Positions 1 to 10,953 of a stretch of DNA of 64,000 bases are shown here, piece after piece. The translations under genes and the position numbers were made by a program. The stretch's first letter is position 1. Each line of letters begins with the position of its first letter. Source of the DNA: a virus. The stretch is taken from IMG/VR virus record IMGVR_UViG_3300009081_000009, positions 64,001-128,000 of that record, one strand, 5' to 3'. Under the pieces are notes generated by a model. The model ran no database searches and had not been told where the DNA came from. It saw only the letters and a list, made by a program, of their open reading frames with translations.

Positions 1-334
1 AACCCCAATCAAGCAAACTGAATTTGTTACTGCAAAAACAGCAGCAAAAGTAAGCACTGAACTTGAAAAGGCTAATACAGCATCAGAATTGCCTGTAACT
101 GAACATAAAAATGATAAAGTAGTTGATACCCAAGCTGATAAAGCCATGAATCAAATGCGTAAAGATGCGGATGATAAAAAGAAATGGGAAGAAGTATCAA
201 AGAAACAAACTAAATTATGTAATAATTCCGCTAAATTTGAGTCCTTTATGGAATCTATGAAAACCGACGACAATAAAGTTTTGGTTGAAAGTTTCACTAA
301 AGCATTCAATGTATTAATTAAAAAACATATATAA
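1..334 (+). CDS. 3' part of a hypothetical protein ending in the repeated 'KFESF..S.K...LVES' motif (5'-truncated by window)
   Basis: ORF track 89..334, probably continuing upstream; C-terminal motif shared with several late proteins in the window. Confidence 0.55.
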   Translation, partial: TPIKQTEFVTAKTAAKVSTELEKANTASELPVTEHKNDKVVDTQADKAMNQMRKDADDKKKWEEVSKKQTKLCNNSAKFESFMESMKTDDNKVLVESFTKAFNVLIKKHI

Positions 335-447
335 TTTATTTCAAAATTATTTTTTAAAAAGTGATATAATATTTTATGTCACTTTTTCTTTTTTATCTAT
401 ATTTATAAGTAATCCCGGTCGGGAGACAAACAGGTAAATATATATAT

Positions 448-3297
448 ATGCAAGAAGAACAGACTAAAAAGTCTATGTGGTCAGCTATTCACCACGATAG
501 AGCAAAAAACTTAATGTTCCTATGGTACACAGATGGAACTAGAACAGCAGTAAGAACAAAACACAGATTTTTTACCCCAATACGTGGAGAATATGGATCA
601 TCTCCTAGTGGTATGAAAGATATTTATGGTCGTGATATGTATGAGGCCATAGTTGATAGTCGTACTGAAATGGATATAAAAAATGCCAACATAGGAAGAC
701 ATAATCACATTTCTGAATGTGATATCGATTTTAGAACTAGATGGCTTCAACGAGCATATCAAGAATATGATGACCTTAGATTTAATGTAAAGGATATCAA
801 TATATGTTATCTTGATATTGAGGTGGCTACTAAAGGTAAATTCCCATCCGCATCTAAAGCAGCCTACCCAATCAATTGTGTTACTATTTATTTTTCTAAA
901 TATGACAAATATTATACATACGGATTAAATCAAGAACTTAAACCTGAGACAACGGAAACTCTTAAATCACATAACTGTGAATATATTAATTGTGCTACTG
1001 AAAGAGAGTTATTACATAAATTATTCACTGCTATTGGAACTAATGAAGTCGATATATTAACTCATTGGAATGGTGATTTTTTCGATATTCCTTATATAGT
1101 GAAACGAGCTGAATTACTGGAAGTCCCTCTTAAATTATTGAGTAGATTACCTGAACAATTTAAAAGTGCTTATATAAGCAAGCAAGATGGTTCCCTTATA
1201 ATTGGTGGAACTGAGAATATTGACTTTTTAAAACTATATAGAAAGTATACGTTCTCCGAACGCGATAACTATAAATTAGATACCATCGGTTTTGTTGAAT
1301 GTGGTGAACGAAAAGCACCATTACCTAATGGATATTTAAGTTATATGACTGACTGGGATAACTTTATCCTATATAACTTTCAAGACGTTAGACTTATGAC
1401 TAAGATTGAAGGTAATTGTCGAATGTTCGATACTACCTTTACTGCATGTTCGGAAGCAAAGGTTCCATTCTCTGCTATATTTGAAGCTAAGAAGATGCTT
1501 GTAGGATTTATATTGAACTTCCTACACAAGCGTAATCTTGTAATGCCTCCTCTTAAAGAAAATACACGTGAATGGTTTCCGGGTGCATATGTATATGCAA
1601 CAGCAGGATATTATCTACATCTAGTGTCCTATGACTATAGATCTATGTATCCCTCTATTATGATGGGTGCTAATATTAGTCCAGAAACAAAGGTATTGTA
1701 TCCTATAGATGAAGTAATCCCAGAGGAAATATTAAAAACCCTTGTTCGAAGTCCATGGACAGGAAATAATACCCGACAAGTATTTTATAGACGAGATGTT
1801 ACAGGTATTGTGCCTCAAGTTGTTAAGATATTGTTTGATGGTCGTACAGATCTGAAATTGCTAATGAAAAAAGCTAGTAAAGCTGGTGATACTCATTTAG
1901 CTGATTTCTATGACATGAAGCAGAAAACGTACAAAATTTTAGGTAATTCTCTATATGGCTTATTGGGTAATCCATACTTCCAGTTATATGATATTGATAA
2001 TTCAGCATCAATTACTGCATTCGGACAGGCATTAATCACTAGCACAGTTGATCAATTATGTACGTACATAGATACTCAAATGAGTTCGGATGCTAGATTT
2101 GATGCGTTATTTGGTTATAAAGCACCCATAGATCCTGCATTAACCGGAACATATGAAAACAAAGAAGGGTTAACTATGTATCGTCGTGTAAGTCATGGCG
2201 ATACCGACTCTTTCTTCGTAAAATATACCGACATATATAAGCCATATATGGAAAATGTTGGAAAAAAAGTAGAAGTTATTGTATTTAATGGCACTACTGT
2301 TGTCGAAAGAAATACATATAATCTTCCTACTGAAGAAATAGCATCTAAGAAATATTTTAATGCGATGTGTACTAAGTATTGTCCATCATGGACAGATCCT
2401 GAAACAGATGATAAGAAAAAGAAAAAAGCATTTGCCGAGGGAATCGTATTCGGTAAAGGATATCGTGTCATATATAACAGATTCTGTCTAACTGATTTCT
2501 GTCGTATTATGGATGCTGGTATCATGGAAGAAAAATTAGCTGAATTCATGAGTGATTATGCTAAGCATTGGAATTACTATGAAAACACTTTATTCCTTAA
2601 ACGTGAAAAGTGTATTCATCAAGCTATTGTTACTGCAAAAAAGAAATACATCTGTAATATTGAAAGCAACGAAGATGAAAAATATTTAGATAAAGAAACG
2701 TTTTTACCTAAAGAAAAATTCGGCATCACTGGTCTTGAAATAGTTCGTAGTTCAACCACACCATTTTCTAGAGATAGAATTATGAAGTTGATAAAAATGA
2801 TGTTTAAGACCATGGATAAAGCAATTATTCGTGATGAATATCTAAAGGTAAAGATCGAGTTCTTCCAGAAAATTGATAGAGGTGAATACTACGATATATC
2901 AATTCCATCTGGTGTTAAATCCGATCCACCTAAATATTCTGACTATATCACGTGGAGTGATGAGGAGAAAACTAAAGTTGACTGGAGACTTCGCGCAGGG
3001 TCTGTGTGGAATTTCTTAATAGAAAACGACGAGGTTCTGAAAAATATGACATTAGAACCAATTTTTGAAGCATCTAAAGTAAAGTTTATTAAAGTTTGTG
3101 AGAACAAATATAAAATAAACGCAGTTGCTTTCGTTGGTGATAAATGCCCTGATAGATTATTTGAAATATTCACTCCTAATTGGGATGAACAATGGATAAA
3201 AACATTTGCTCAAACTATGGATAGACTATTTGATGCAGTAGGTTGGGGTGTTGGATTGGAAAATGATGAACGTGATACTATGGTAGATATACTTTAA
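448..3297 (+). CDS. Family B DNA polymerase (T4 gp43-like)
   Basis: Exo motifs LDIEV, WNGDFFD, YNFQDV; Pol motifs YDYRSMYPS, KILGNSLYG, HGDTDS, KKKY, GLEIVRSSTT. Confidence 0.97.
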   Translation: MQEEQTKKSMWSAIHHDRAKNLMFLWYTDGTRTAVRTKHRFFTPIRGEYGSSPSGMKDIYGRDMYEAIVDSRTEMDIKNANIGRHNHISECDIDFRTRWLQRAYQEYDDLRFNVKDINICYLDIEVATKGKFPSASKAAYPINCVTIYFSKYDKYYTYGLNQELKPETTETLKSHNCEYINCATERELLHKLFTAIGTNEVDILTHWNGDFFDIPYIVKRAELLEVPLKLLSRLPEQFKSAYISKQDGSLIIGGTENIDFLKLYRKYTFSERDNYKLDTIGFVECGERKAPLPNGYLSYMTDWDNFILYNFQDVRLMTKIEGNCRMFDTTFTACSEAKVPFSAIFEAKKMLVGFILNFLHKRNLVMPPLKENTREWFPGAYVYATAGYYLHLVSYDYRSMYPSIMMGANISPETKVLYPIDEVIPEEILKTLVRSPWTGNNTRQVFYRRDVTGIVPQVVKILFDGRTDLKLLMKKASKAGDTHLADFYDMKQKTYKILGNSLYGLLGNPYFQLYDIDNSASITAFGQALITSTVDQLCTYIDTQMSSDARFDALFGYKAPIDPALTGTYENKEGLTMYRRVSHGDTDSFFVKYTDIYKPYMENVGKKVEVIVFNGTTVVERNTYNLPTEEIASKKYFNAMCTKYCPSWTDPETDDKKKKKAFAEGIVFGKGYRVIYNRFCLTDFCRIMDAGIMEEKLAEFMSDYAKHWNYYENTLFLKREKCIHQAIVTAKKKYICNIESNEDEKYLDKETFLPKEKFGITGLEIVRSSTTPFSRDRIMKLIKMMFKTMDKAIIRDEYLKVKIEFFQKIDRGEYYDISIPSGVKSDPPKYSDYITWSDEEKTKVDWRLRAGSVWNFLIENDEVLKNMTLEPIFEASKVKFIKVCENKYKINAVAFVGDKCPDRLFEIFTPNWDEQWIKTFAQTMDRLFDAVGWGVGLENDERDTMVDIL

Positions 3298-3451
3298 GCA
3301 TATTTATCAACATTAGCTGAATTCTCACATCTCGTTATTTTATTAACGAGATGTTTTTTCATTTCTGGTAATTTTATAGGTCTATTACTTAAAAAATTAG
3401 ATTGAATCGCGTAATAATATGCATATGGATTTATATCAGATGTGATGTTCA

Positions 3452-3808
3452 TTAACTTTCTCCATAACTTGCACTATAATTACTGGTTTCGTTCGATTTT
3501 AATGCATCTTTTCCTGTTGATGTGCGTCCAACTGGTGGCATTTGTGCAATTCTGGCTCCCATTTGAGACATATTTGCTATATTATTCTTATCATCTGGTA
3601 ATGTTTGTTGAAAATAATCTGTACTAGGTTTGATGTAATCTATAGCACTTGCTGGACTTGGGTGTGTCACCGTTTGTCCATTAGGTTTACCATTAGCATC
3701 ATCCGTACTTATACTTTCTATAATAATAAGACCTTCTTTAATAGTATCTATTAATATTGGGTCTACATCATGCATAGAAGTTAAGAAAGATTCAAATTTA
3801 TTATTCAT
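3452..3808 (-). CDS. Hypothetical late protein with N-terminal KFESFL..LIDTIKEG..IES motif
   Basis: ORF with late motif TATAAACTA at 3831-3839 upstream. Confidence 0.7.
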   Translation of the reverse strand: MNNKFESFLTSMHDVDPILIDTIKEGLIIIESISTDDANGKPNGQTVTHPSPASAIDYIKPSTDYFQQTLPDDKNNIANMSQMGARIAQMPPVGRTSTGKDALKSNETSNYSASYGES

Positions 3809-3879
3809 ATTACTCAGTCCTGATTAAAAATAGTTTATACTTACATGAAAAACTTGCTATATTTATAGGAACGAGGTTT

Positions 3880-4914
3880 ATGATGAGTAATATGGATATA
3901 TTTTCAGGTGATGGAATAGATGAAGTAAATAAAATGATGCTTACTTCTAAGCAAAAGGTAAGTGATAGCCTACCATGGGTAGCAAAATATAGTCCGAAAT
4001 GCGTTGATGATGTAATTCTACCTCAGAAATTACGCAATATGATTAAATTTGCTTTACAAAATAATAAATTCACTCATTTTTGCTTTCATTCGGGAAAACC
4101 CGGAACAGGAAAGACAAGTACTGCAATTGCAATCGCGGAAGAATTTGAAACCGACTATCAAGTTTTTTATATTTCCGAAAAACCAATGGAATGCATCGAC
4201 AGTATTAGAAATTATGCATCTCAAAAAAATGTAGATGGTAAACCACGTTTTGTTATATTGGATGAGGCCGACACTCCAAAGATGCAAGATCCATCTAAAT
4301 TCTACACAGCATTACAACCATTGATTGAATCAACTACATCAACCCTTAGATTCATACTAACATGTAACAATCTATATAAAATACAACCAGCCATCTTATC
4401 TAGATGCACACCAATATCATTTGCATATGATGTTAATGATGCTGATATTAAACTGCAAGTATTTCGTCGAATGAAAGAGATCGCTAAAAATGAAGTCCTT
4501 GATAACGGTGGTACTGTTGATAATGAAACAATCAAGGCTATAATAAAATTCTATTATCCTGATATTAGATCTATTACTCAACAACTCCAAGTAAATTATA
4601 TGGAGAATCTTGGTTCGATTGCAGGGACACCATCGCTAATTTCATATGAAAACCTAGATACTATTTGGGATTATATTCTAAAGGTAGATGAGGAGAATCT
4701 ACGTAAATTCGTAACATTGCATGTTGTTGATTTTGTATCTGTATATGCACCATTTGGAGCATATGTAATGGAACGCATCGATAAAAAATATAGACTTAGC
4801 TTCTCTGTATTACTTGGTAAATATCAAGTACAGTCAGCAATGCCAGCAGTTGATCAAGAAATTAATCTAAACTCATTTTTTGCAAGTATAATGCTGTTAT
4901 TGCAAGGTAAATAA
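3880..4914 (+). CDS. Clamp loader large subunit (gp44/RFC-like AAA+)
   Basis: PWVAKYSP, Walker A GKPGTGKT, Walker B ILDEAD, SRC motif. Confidence 0.93.
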   Translation: MMSNMDIFSGDGIDEVNKMMLTSKQKVSDSLPWVAKYSPKCVDDVILPQKLRNMIKFALQNNKFTHFCFHSGKPGTGKTSTAIAIAEEFETDYQVFYISEKPMECIDSIRNYASQKNVDGKPRFVILDEADTPKMQDPSKFYTALQPLIESTTSTLRFILTCNNLYKIQPAILSRCTPISFAYDVNDADIKLQVFRRMKEIAKNEVLDNGGTVDNETIKAIIKFYYPDIRSITQQLQVNYMENLGSIAGTPSLISYENLDTIWDYILKVDEENLRKFVTLHVVDFVSVYAPFGAYVMERIDKKYRLSFSVLLGKYQVQSAMPAVDQEINLNSFFASIMLLLQGK

Positions 4915-5361
4915 ATGGCTAATTTTGATTATTTTGCATTCATGCATAACCGCAGATCCTCAATTGAACCAACTGAGGATGAAAAGCGTGAATTCAATTT
5001 ATTTATGACTCAAATGGTATTGTCTATGGATACAAGACAATCAGTTATTAATATATTGGATAAAATAAATACTAAAGAATTTTTTTCATTGCCAAATGAA
5101 ATTCAATGCATGGCATTTACAACACTGGATGGTGCTTCATTGAATCTTAAATGGAAGAAATCTAAAGCGGGTTCTCAAGAATCACATAAAGAAACCATTG
5201 AAAAAATAATGAAAGTATATAAGTTATCTCATAATGATGCTGAATCATGTATAAGATTTAATACTATTAATATGAATGAATTAAATGAATTATATACACG
5301 TATATATGATACAGATGATATAAAATTCAGAGCGACAAAGGCATCAAAGAAATCTAAATGA
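4915..5361 (+). CDS. Probable clamp loader small subunit (gp62-like)
   Basis: Abuts the gp44-like gene; size and FNLFM..LS / KWKKS pattern. Confidence 0.6.
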   Translation: MANFDYFAFMHNRRSSIEPTEDEKREFNLFMTQMVLSMDTRQSVINILDKINTKEFFSLPNEIQCMAFTTLDGASLNLKWKKSKAGSQESHKETIEKIMKVYKLSHNDAESCIRFNTINMNELNELYTRIYDTDDIKFRATKASKKSK

Positions 5362-5600
5362 ACCAAAATGTGGTGGATATGACTCAAAATGTGGTAGATA
5401 TAAATAATGAAGATATTACAACTGTTATGACTCTGTTAGGTGTTCCTTATGATACAGCAAAGGAATTAATCCGAGATGGATTGAATATGCAATATTTAAG
5501 AACAGGATTAAAGGATGATATTGAACGAGAAACTACTCAACTTAGAGATGAGTATATTAATCGTATCAATGAAATGATTAAAATTGAATTTGAGTCATAA
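5358..5600 (+). CDS. Hypothetical protein
   Basis: ATGA overlap with upstream gene. Confidence 0.6.
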   Translation: MNQNVVDMTQNVVDINNEDITTVMTLLGVPYDTAKELIRDGLNMQYLRTGLKDDIERETTQLRDEYINRINEMIKIEFES

Positions 5601-6284
5601 TTACTGCATTTTTTCTAATACAGTTTTATCGATTGCAGGTGCTTCTGTAGCTGGTTGATTCATTTCTTGTTCTTCCAATTTATCGGCAACTTCCATTTCC
5701 TTTGACTCATCTGTTATACCGCTAGAAAAGTCAACTAATATCTGTTGAAGAATTGGATCTGCTTCTTGTCCAGCAAATATGCCTGTGCCATATGCGAAAT
5801 CAATTAAATAATCAATTATAGTCTGACCATTTATATCAGTCTCGTCAATTACATTTTTTATAATTACCTTTTCTTTATCTGGTGTGGATTCTTTTTCTTC
5901 ATATGAAAAATCAGTATTTAGTATTTTTTTAATTAAATCATAATTAACAACTTCTGTAAATGTACCTGTCGCTGCTGATATCAAACACATCAATACGGTA
6001 TCGCCATATGAATTTTTATGTGCTAACATTAATGGATTTACTGATAATACATCAGCAATGCCGTTTTCTGCCCATATATGTAACTTTGTCGTCCATTCAC
6101 CACGATCAGTAGGAATTCTAGGAATGAATTGAACTGGGAATGTTTTTAATGCCCGTCTTTCGCCATCGGAAATAGCTTCAACTTCCTTTTCAAAGGTTCC
6201 TTGAATACTCTCAAGCAAATCAAAGGAATCAGGATTCTGATCTTTTAGCTCATTTAATAATACGTGAAATGCTCGTTTATCCAT
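5601..6284 (-). CDS. Hypothetical late protein with ankyrin-like motifs
   Basis: KNSYGDTVL and DINGQTIIDY motifs; late motif at 6306-6314. Confidence 0.6.
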   Translation of the reverse strand: MDKRAFHVLLNELKDQNPDSFDLLESIQGTFEKEVEAISDGERRALKTFPVQFIPRIPTDRGEWTTKLHIWAENGIADVLSVNPLMLAHKNSYGDTVLMCLISAATGTFTEVVNYDLIKKILNTDFSYEEKESTPDKEKVIIKNVIDETDINGQTIIDYLIDFAYGTGIFAGQEADPILQQILVDFSSGITDESKEMEVADKLEEQEMNQPATEAPAIDKTVLEKMQ

Positions 6285-6329
6285 AATAATTATAGTATTT
6301 ATTATTAGTTTATAATATGATATAAAAAT

Positions 6330-6352
6330 AAAAGGGCGTTACCGCCCTTTTT
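6330..6352. terminator. Intrinsic terminator (bidirectional geometry)
   Basis: AAAAGGGCG-TTAC-CGCCCTTTT hairpin just after the dUTPase stop. Confidence 0.8.
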
Positions 6353-6354
6353 AA

Positions 6355-6849
6355 TTATTTACTTGTGCTTCCGAAGCCACCAAGTCGATCTCCTCCTACA
6401 GTGGATTCATCATCATCAGCAATTAAATATTTCTGAAACATCATCTGAGCCATTGCTTCGCCCTTTCCGATGGTCAGTGTATCATTTCCCTGATTATGTA
6501 ACTTTACGAATATCTCGCCTTCTTCCATCTCACCCTTTTTATTCATTACTGCTACAGGCTTATAATAATCACAATCTATAATGCCTGTTGAATTAGCTAA
6601 TCGTACTGAATACTTAAATCCATGTCCTGATCTAACATATGCCATAAGAACTTCATCTTCTAGCATATATGCTTTAATTTTTGTGGGAATAGCCTTTGAT
6701 ATCTGACCTGCTTCTATAACAATATCATTTCCTGTATTGTTAAATATATCATAGCATGCAGAAAACTTAGTACCTCTGCGTGGCATTAATACATTAGATG
6801 CCTCAGATGAATACTTACTAACAACTTCAAATCCTCTTGATCTAGCCAT
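6355..6849 (-). CDS. dut: Trimeric dUTPase
   Basis: SACYD, RSG, GIIDCDY, AQMMF, RLGGFGST motifs. Confidence 0.95.
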   Translation of the reverse strand: MARSRGFEVVSKYSSEASNVLMPRRGTKFSACYDIFNNTGNDIVIEAGQISKAIPTKIKAYMLEDEVLMAYVRSGHGFKYSVRLANSTGIIDCDYYKPVAVMNKKGEMEEGEIFVKLHNQGNDTLTIGKGEAMAQMMFQKYLIADDDESTVGGDRLGGFGSTSK

Positions 6850-6969
6850 TTTTAACTCCTATTTAGTGGTTAATTTAAATTTAGCAAATTTTTTCAAAAT
6901 TATATACATAATATAAACAAATGTAAATGTATGATAGTTTTTCAAAAAAATATTAAAAAACGTCATGCT

Positions 6970-6978
6970 TATAAACTA
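6970..6978 (+). promoter_or_regulatory. Phage late promoter motif TATAAACTA
   Basis: Recurs about 20-40 nt upstream of structural/late genes; resembles T4 late TATAAATA. Confidence 0.75.
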
Positions 6979-7015
6979 TAAGTAAAGAATTATAGTACTT
7001 ATATAGGAGTTATAT

Positions 7016-10000
7016 ATGGCAGTTTACGGACAAGGCGCACCGGGAGTAAGAATCAGACTGAGAGATCAAAGTGAAGTCAGTTTGGTTACGAATCCAAATA
7101 TAACCGCTGGTATTGTCGGTTATTCATCTAAGGGTGAATTCAATAAGATAATTGATCTTACATCCACCGCTGAACAGGATACATATCTTGGTAGTGGCTT
7201 TAACAACGCGAAATTCAATCAAGGATTGTATGCAGCTCGTGCTGTAATAAATTATGGTGGATTTGTTGAGTATGTTCGACCATATGGCGAAACAACTATT
7301 GCAGATGATGACTATAATCAAGATTTAAAAACTGATACATTCACTGTAGCATTCGATTTCTCTGATACAGCTACTACATCGTTTGATGTAAAGCACATGG
7401 CATCTACTAGATATACGGAAGATGGTTTACAAGGTTTGGGATCTCGTAAAATAAACACAATTACAGAAACTCTCGCAAACAATACAAACGTTGATTTTGA
7501 ATTATCTGCTGATGCAATGACTGACGCTGGAAGTGGTACAGATAAGGTTATGTTATTCGCTATAATGAATAGTGATCCGACCGCTGCTGTACGTGCAGGT
7601 GATCGCGTTGCAGTTATCGATATAACAGGTTCTGGTACTGCTGCTACGGTAACTACTGGAAGTATACATGGATTGAGTGCTGGTGATAGCGTTATAGTTG
7701 CAGGTACTGCTAACTATAATGGTACTTATACAATCGCAACTATTGTTGATGATGTTAAGTTTACATTCGCTACAACCGAAACAACTCACGAAACGGTTGG
7801 TTCTATTTACTCAAATTCAGATACAGTAAACAGTGGTGTTGATTATTTAACTGTCAAGACAGTTGCATCGGGTAAAGCATCCAAAAAATATGATCGTATT
7901 ACTTTATCTACATCTACTTTAATGGGTGTGGCTAATGCTACTGACACGTTCACAATGGAAACTTCAACTGGTGCGGATGCAACCTTTGAATTTACATTGA
8001 CCGGAACACCTTCATTGGATACATATTATCCAATTACCATCGTAAACGATACATTCACTACTACTTATGTAGCCACTGCATTGACTGCAATCGTAGTAAC
8101 AGACCCTGCTAAATATGCAGTTGGTGATAAAATACACGTTACAAGTAGTCTAGGTCTTCCAACTGGGTTAGTCGCTGCTACTATATATACAGTTAGTGCA
8201 ATAGTAGGTACTAGCGTTAGCTTAAATCTTTCATCCACTGGTGCTGCTGTGTCTATGACAACTAGCTGTACTGATGGTGTTGCTATTAACTTAACAGCAA
8301 CTCTACGATCTATTGTATCTGCATTTGCTAATGTAGGATTGGCAAATTCTTCACAGGCAACAGCTACTGCAACTGAGATCACTGCAACTACTGGTATCAT
8401 TACATTAAATGCTTCACAAGCATCTAAATTCACGGTCGATGATCTAGTTATACTAGATGATTATTATGCAAATACTGGATTGAGAACTGCATTGCCTACA
8501 GGATTAACTGCTGGTACTGTATATAAAGTTGGTACTGTTGATTTGATTAATAATACTATCACATTAAAAGATTATACAAGCGGTGTATTGGTTGCTCCAT
8601 CGGTAACGTCAACCTCTGGAATTACATACAGATTGTTGAATTTAACTACTGGTGTAGTCTCAGCAACTATAAATTCTAATAGTCTTTCCATTGATGTTAT
8701 CGGTAAGTTCGGATTAACATCTCCAATATCTGTACAAGAAACTGCTACATCATTCTTTACATTTACTGATTTAGCTACTGCATTCTTAGCATCAACCGTA
8801 TCTATGGATGATGCCGACCATAAAATAGCAGGAACTGATGGATATATAGTAATCGACTCTGACATCGGAAGACAATTCCTTAATCTAGGTCTCGCTACCG
8901 AAGATTATCAAGATATAAATTTTGATGGTACGGAAGATCGTGTATATCAACTAACTGCTGAAGGTGAAGTTGTTGCTAAAATGTACGTATTCGTAAAGTA
9001 TTATTTTGGTGGTGAATTATATGAATTCGCTGGTACATTAGTTGAATACGCTTATGGCGATACTAATTTGTATTTGAAAAATAGTGCAGAAGATTATGAA
9101 AATGGTTGGACACTTGTTATGAATGACAACGCATCTATAGAAGATGCTGTTGAAAATCCAAATTTCTCACTTGCTAATAGCATTTCTGGTGGAATTATAA
9201 CAAGTTCAGTAACTAAAGTTGCTTTTGATGAAACTGATCCAGCTATCTTAAATGATGCTATCTGGACATATTTACCTAAGAACAACAATTCATCTAACAT
9301 ACTAGCAAGTGCTTGGAACTTATTCTTGAATAAAGATGAGGCTAGTGCTGACATGTTAATATCTGCTGGTACTGCGATTAGTAATCTTTTCGTTAAGAAT
9401 ATGGAACAAATCAATTACACTGTAATGGACACTATGCTTAGCATATGTGAAAAGAGAAAGGATTTATTCGCAATCTTTGACGGTGTGGATGAGCCAAAAA
9501 TAACAGTAGCATTGAAGAAAATGATCGGTATTGGTTCTAGTGGTGATTTATCTCGCTGGGGTTCATTATTTGATGGAAGATCCATTTTCTCTGATACCAT
9601 TTATACAAAATTAAATGCACAGGCTGTTAAATCGATTGAAGTCGCTGCTATTATTACTGCTAACAGAGCAAGTAATGTATACTGGTTGCCTCCTGCTGGT
9701 TTCACAACTGGTAAGATCCCAACAGGTCTTGCAAAACGTCAGAAATTCATCAGAACTTATAATTATGCAGATGATATCAATTCCGATATTGCTCGTTTGT
9801 ATGATGCAAACATTAACCCAACCCGTGTAAATGATCAGGGTCAGTTCATATATGGTCAAAAGACCATGTTAAAGAGAATGACTGCATTGAATCGTTTAAA
9901 TGTTATCATGCTAATCGCTGGTATACATAAACGTTTCGGTAATTATTTGGATACAAAGGTATTCCAATTAAATACAGCAGCATTAAGAGCTGGTATTCAG

Positions 10001-10234
10001 GCTGATCTACAAGCTCAGTTGGAGTTGATTAAATCCGCTAACCCTGCTGGTTTGACCGCTGGTGTTGTTATATGCGATGAAACAAACAATACACCTGACA
10101 TCATTGATACAAATCAATTGATTGTTGATGTAGTGTTACAACCAACAAAAACTGCTGAGTTCATTACTCTTAGAACTACGGTTCAGAGAACGGGTGCAGA
10201 TCTTAAAATTACTAACACCATTGTGGGAGGATAA
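7016..10234 (+). CDS. Contractile tail sheath protein with large central insertion
   Basis: N-term APGVRIRLRDQS, C-term WLPPAG, INP, GQKT, RLNV, CDETNNTPDIID, AEFI (gp18-like). Confidence 0.95.
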   Translation: MAVYGQGAPGVRIRLRDQSEVSLVTNPNITAGIVGYSSKGEFNKIIDLTSTAEQDTYLGSGFNNAKFNQGLYAARAVINYGGFVEYVRPYGETTIADDDYNQDLKTDTFTVAFDFSDTATTSFDVKHMASTRYTEDGLQGLGSRKINTITETLANNTNVDFELSADAMTDAGSGTDKVMLFAIMNSDPTAAVRAGDRVAVIDITGSGTAATVTTGSIHGLSAGDSVIVAGTANYNGTYTIATIVDDVKFTFATTETTHETVGSIYSNSDTVNSGVDYLTVKTVASGKASKKYDRITLSTSTLMGVANATDTFTMETSTGADATFEFTLTGTPSLDTYYPITIVNDTFTTTYVATALTAIVVTDPAKYAVGDKIHVTSSLGLPTGLVAATIYTVSAIVGTSVSLNLSSTGAAVSMTTSCTDGVAINLTATLRSIVSAFANVGLANSSQATATATEITATTGIITLNASQASKFTVDDLVILDDYYANTGLRTALPTGLTAGTVYKVGTVDLINNTITLKDYTSGVLVAPSVTSTSGITYRLLNLTTGVVSATINSNSLSIDVIGKFGLTSPISVQETATSFFTFTDLATAFLASTVSMDDADHKIAGTDGYIVIDSDIGRQFLNLGLATEDYQDINFDGTEDRVYQLTAEGEVVAKMYVFVKYYFGGELYEFAGTLVEYAYGDTNLYLKNSAEDYENGWTLVMNDNASIEDAVENPNFSLANSISGGIITSSVTKVAFDETDPAILNDAIWTYLPKNNNSSNILASAWNLFLNKDEASADMLISAGTAISNLFVKNMEQINYTVMDTMLSICEKRKDLFAIFDGVDEPKITVALKKMIGIGSSGDLSRWGSLFDGRSIFSDTIYTKLNAQAVKSIEVAAIITANRASNVYWLPPAGFTTGKIPTGLAKRQKFIRTYNYADDINSDIARLYDANINPTRVNDQGQFIYGQKTMLKRMTALNRLNVIMLIAGIHKRFGNYLDTKVFQLNTAALRAGIQADLQAQLELIKSANPAGLTAGVVICDETNNTPDIIDTNQLIVDVVLQPTKTAEFITLRTTVQRTGADLKITNTIVGG

Positions 10235-10238
10235 TTAA

Positions 10239-10919
10239 ATGGCTGATTTTAGTAACCAAACCAAACTTTTCTATCTTAGTGGTGTTGATAACTTACGTGA
10301 TCCAGTTAGAAACACTCGCTGGAGAATGTTAATTCCATCTGAAATTTTTGCAGCCACTGGTATTCAAGTTACCAATGGTGCTCAATTCAATAATGGACAG
10401 GACGGAACTGATGAATTTGCATTACATGTAAAGTCATGTCAGATTCCTACCCTAAAAAATGAAAATAAATTTCATTGGTATATGGGATTTAAACAGGCAC
10501 ATGTAGTTAATACCGATATGTCTACTGAACAAGAATTCGAAACGATTCTGTTGGAAGATATGAGAGCGTATGAAGCTATGATTGCTTGGGAACAGGCTTG
10601 TCATAATACTGGTATTCTTGTTGATGGCTCCACTAATGATAGAATGAATCAAACTGGTATTCGACTAGGATTAGGTAATCATAAAGATATAGCTAATCCA
10701 ACATCTACTGTGGTTAGAAATAACACGGTTAAGATTGAGTTGTATAACTGGATGCGCGGTGATGTAATAATGAGACTTAATCTTATTAATGCATATCCAA
10801 GCGAAGTATCTGGATTCAGTCTTAATTATAATTCAGCCGATATAGTTAATTTCAAATTCAAACTATTCGCTGATAGATGGACGGTACAAATACCAGAAGG
10901 ATATACAACTGGTGTCTAA
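10239..10919 (+). CDS. Tail tube protein (gp19-like)
   Basis: Follows sheath; NAYPSEV...LNY...FKFKL pattern. Confidence 0.8.
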   Translation: MADFSNQTKLFYLSGVDNLRDPVRNTRWRMLIPSEIFAATGIQVTNGAQFNNGQDGTDEFALHVKSCQIPTLKNENKFHWYMGFKQAHVVNTDMSTEQEFETILLEDMRAYEAMIAWEQACHNTGILVDGSTNDRMNQTGIRLGLGNHKDIANPTSTVVRNNTVKIELYNWMRGDVIMRLNLINAYPSEVSGFSLNYNSADIVNFKFKLFADRWTVQIPEGYTTGV

Positions 10920-10921
10920 TT

Positions 10922-10949
10922 AAAAAAGGGTGATTTAATCACCCTTTTT
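10922..10949. terminator. Bidirectional intrinsic terminator
   Basis: AAAAAGGGTGA..TCACCCTTTTT between convergent genes. Confidence 0.85.
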
Positions 10950-10953
10950 CTTT

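Noticed and set aside
2220-2500. Possible intein in the DNA polymerase (insert after DTDS)
   Set aside because: No N-terminal C/S with C-terminal HN splice motifs and no endonuclease motifs; treated as a lineage-specific insertion
5358-5400. Short tandem repeat encoding QNVVD twice
   Set aside because: Two-copy 21-bp-period duplication at a gene start with no further structure
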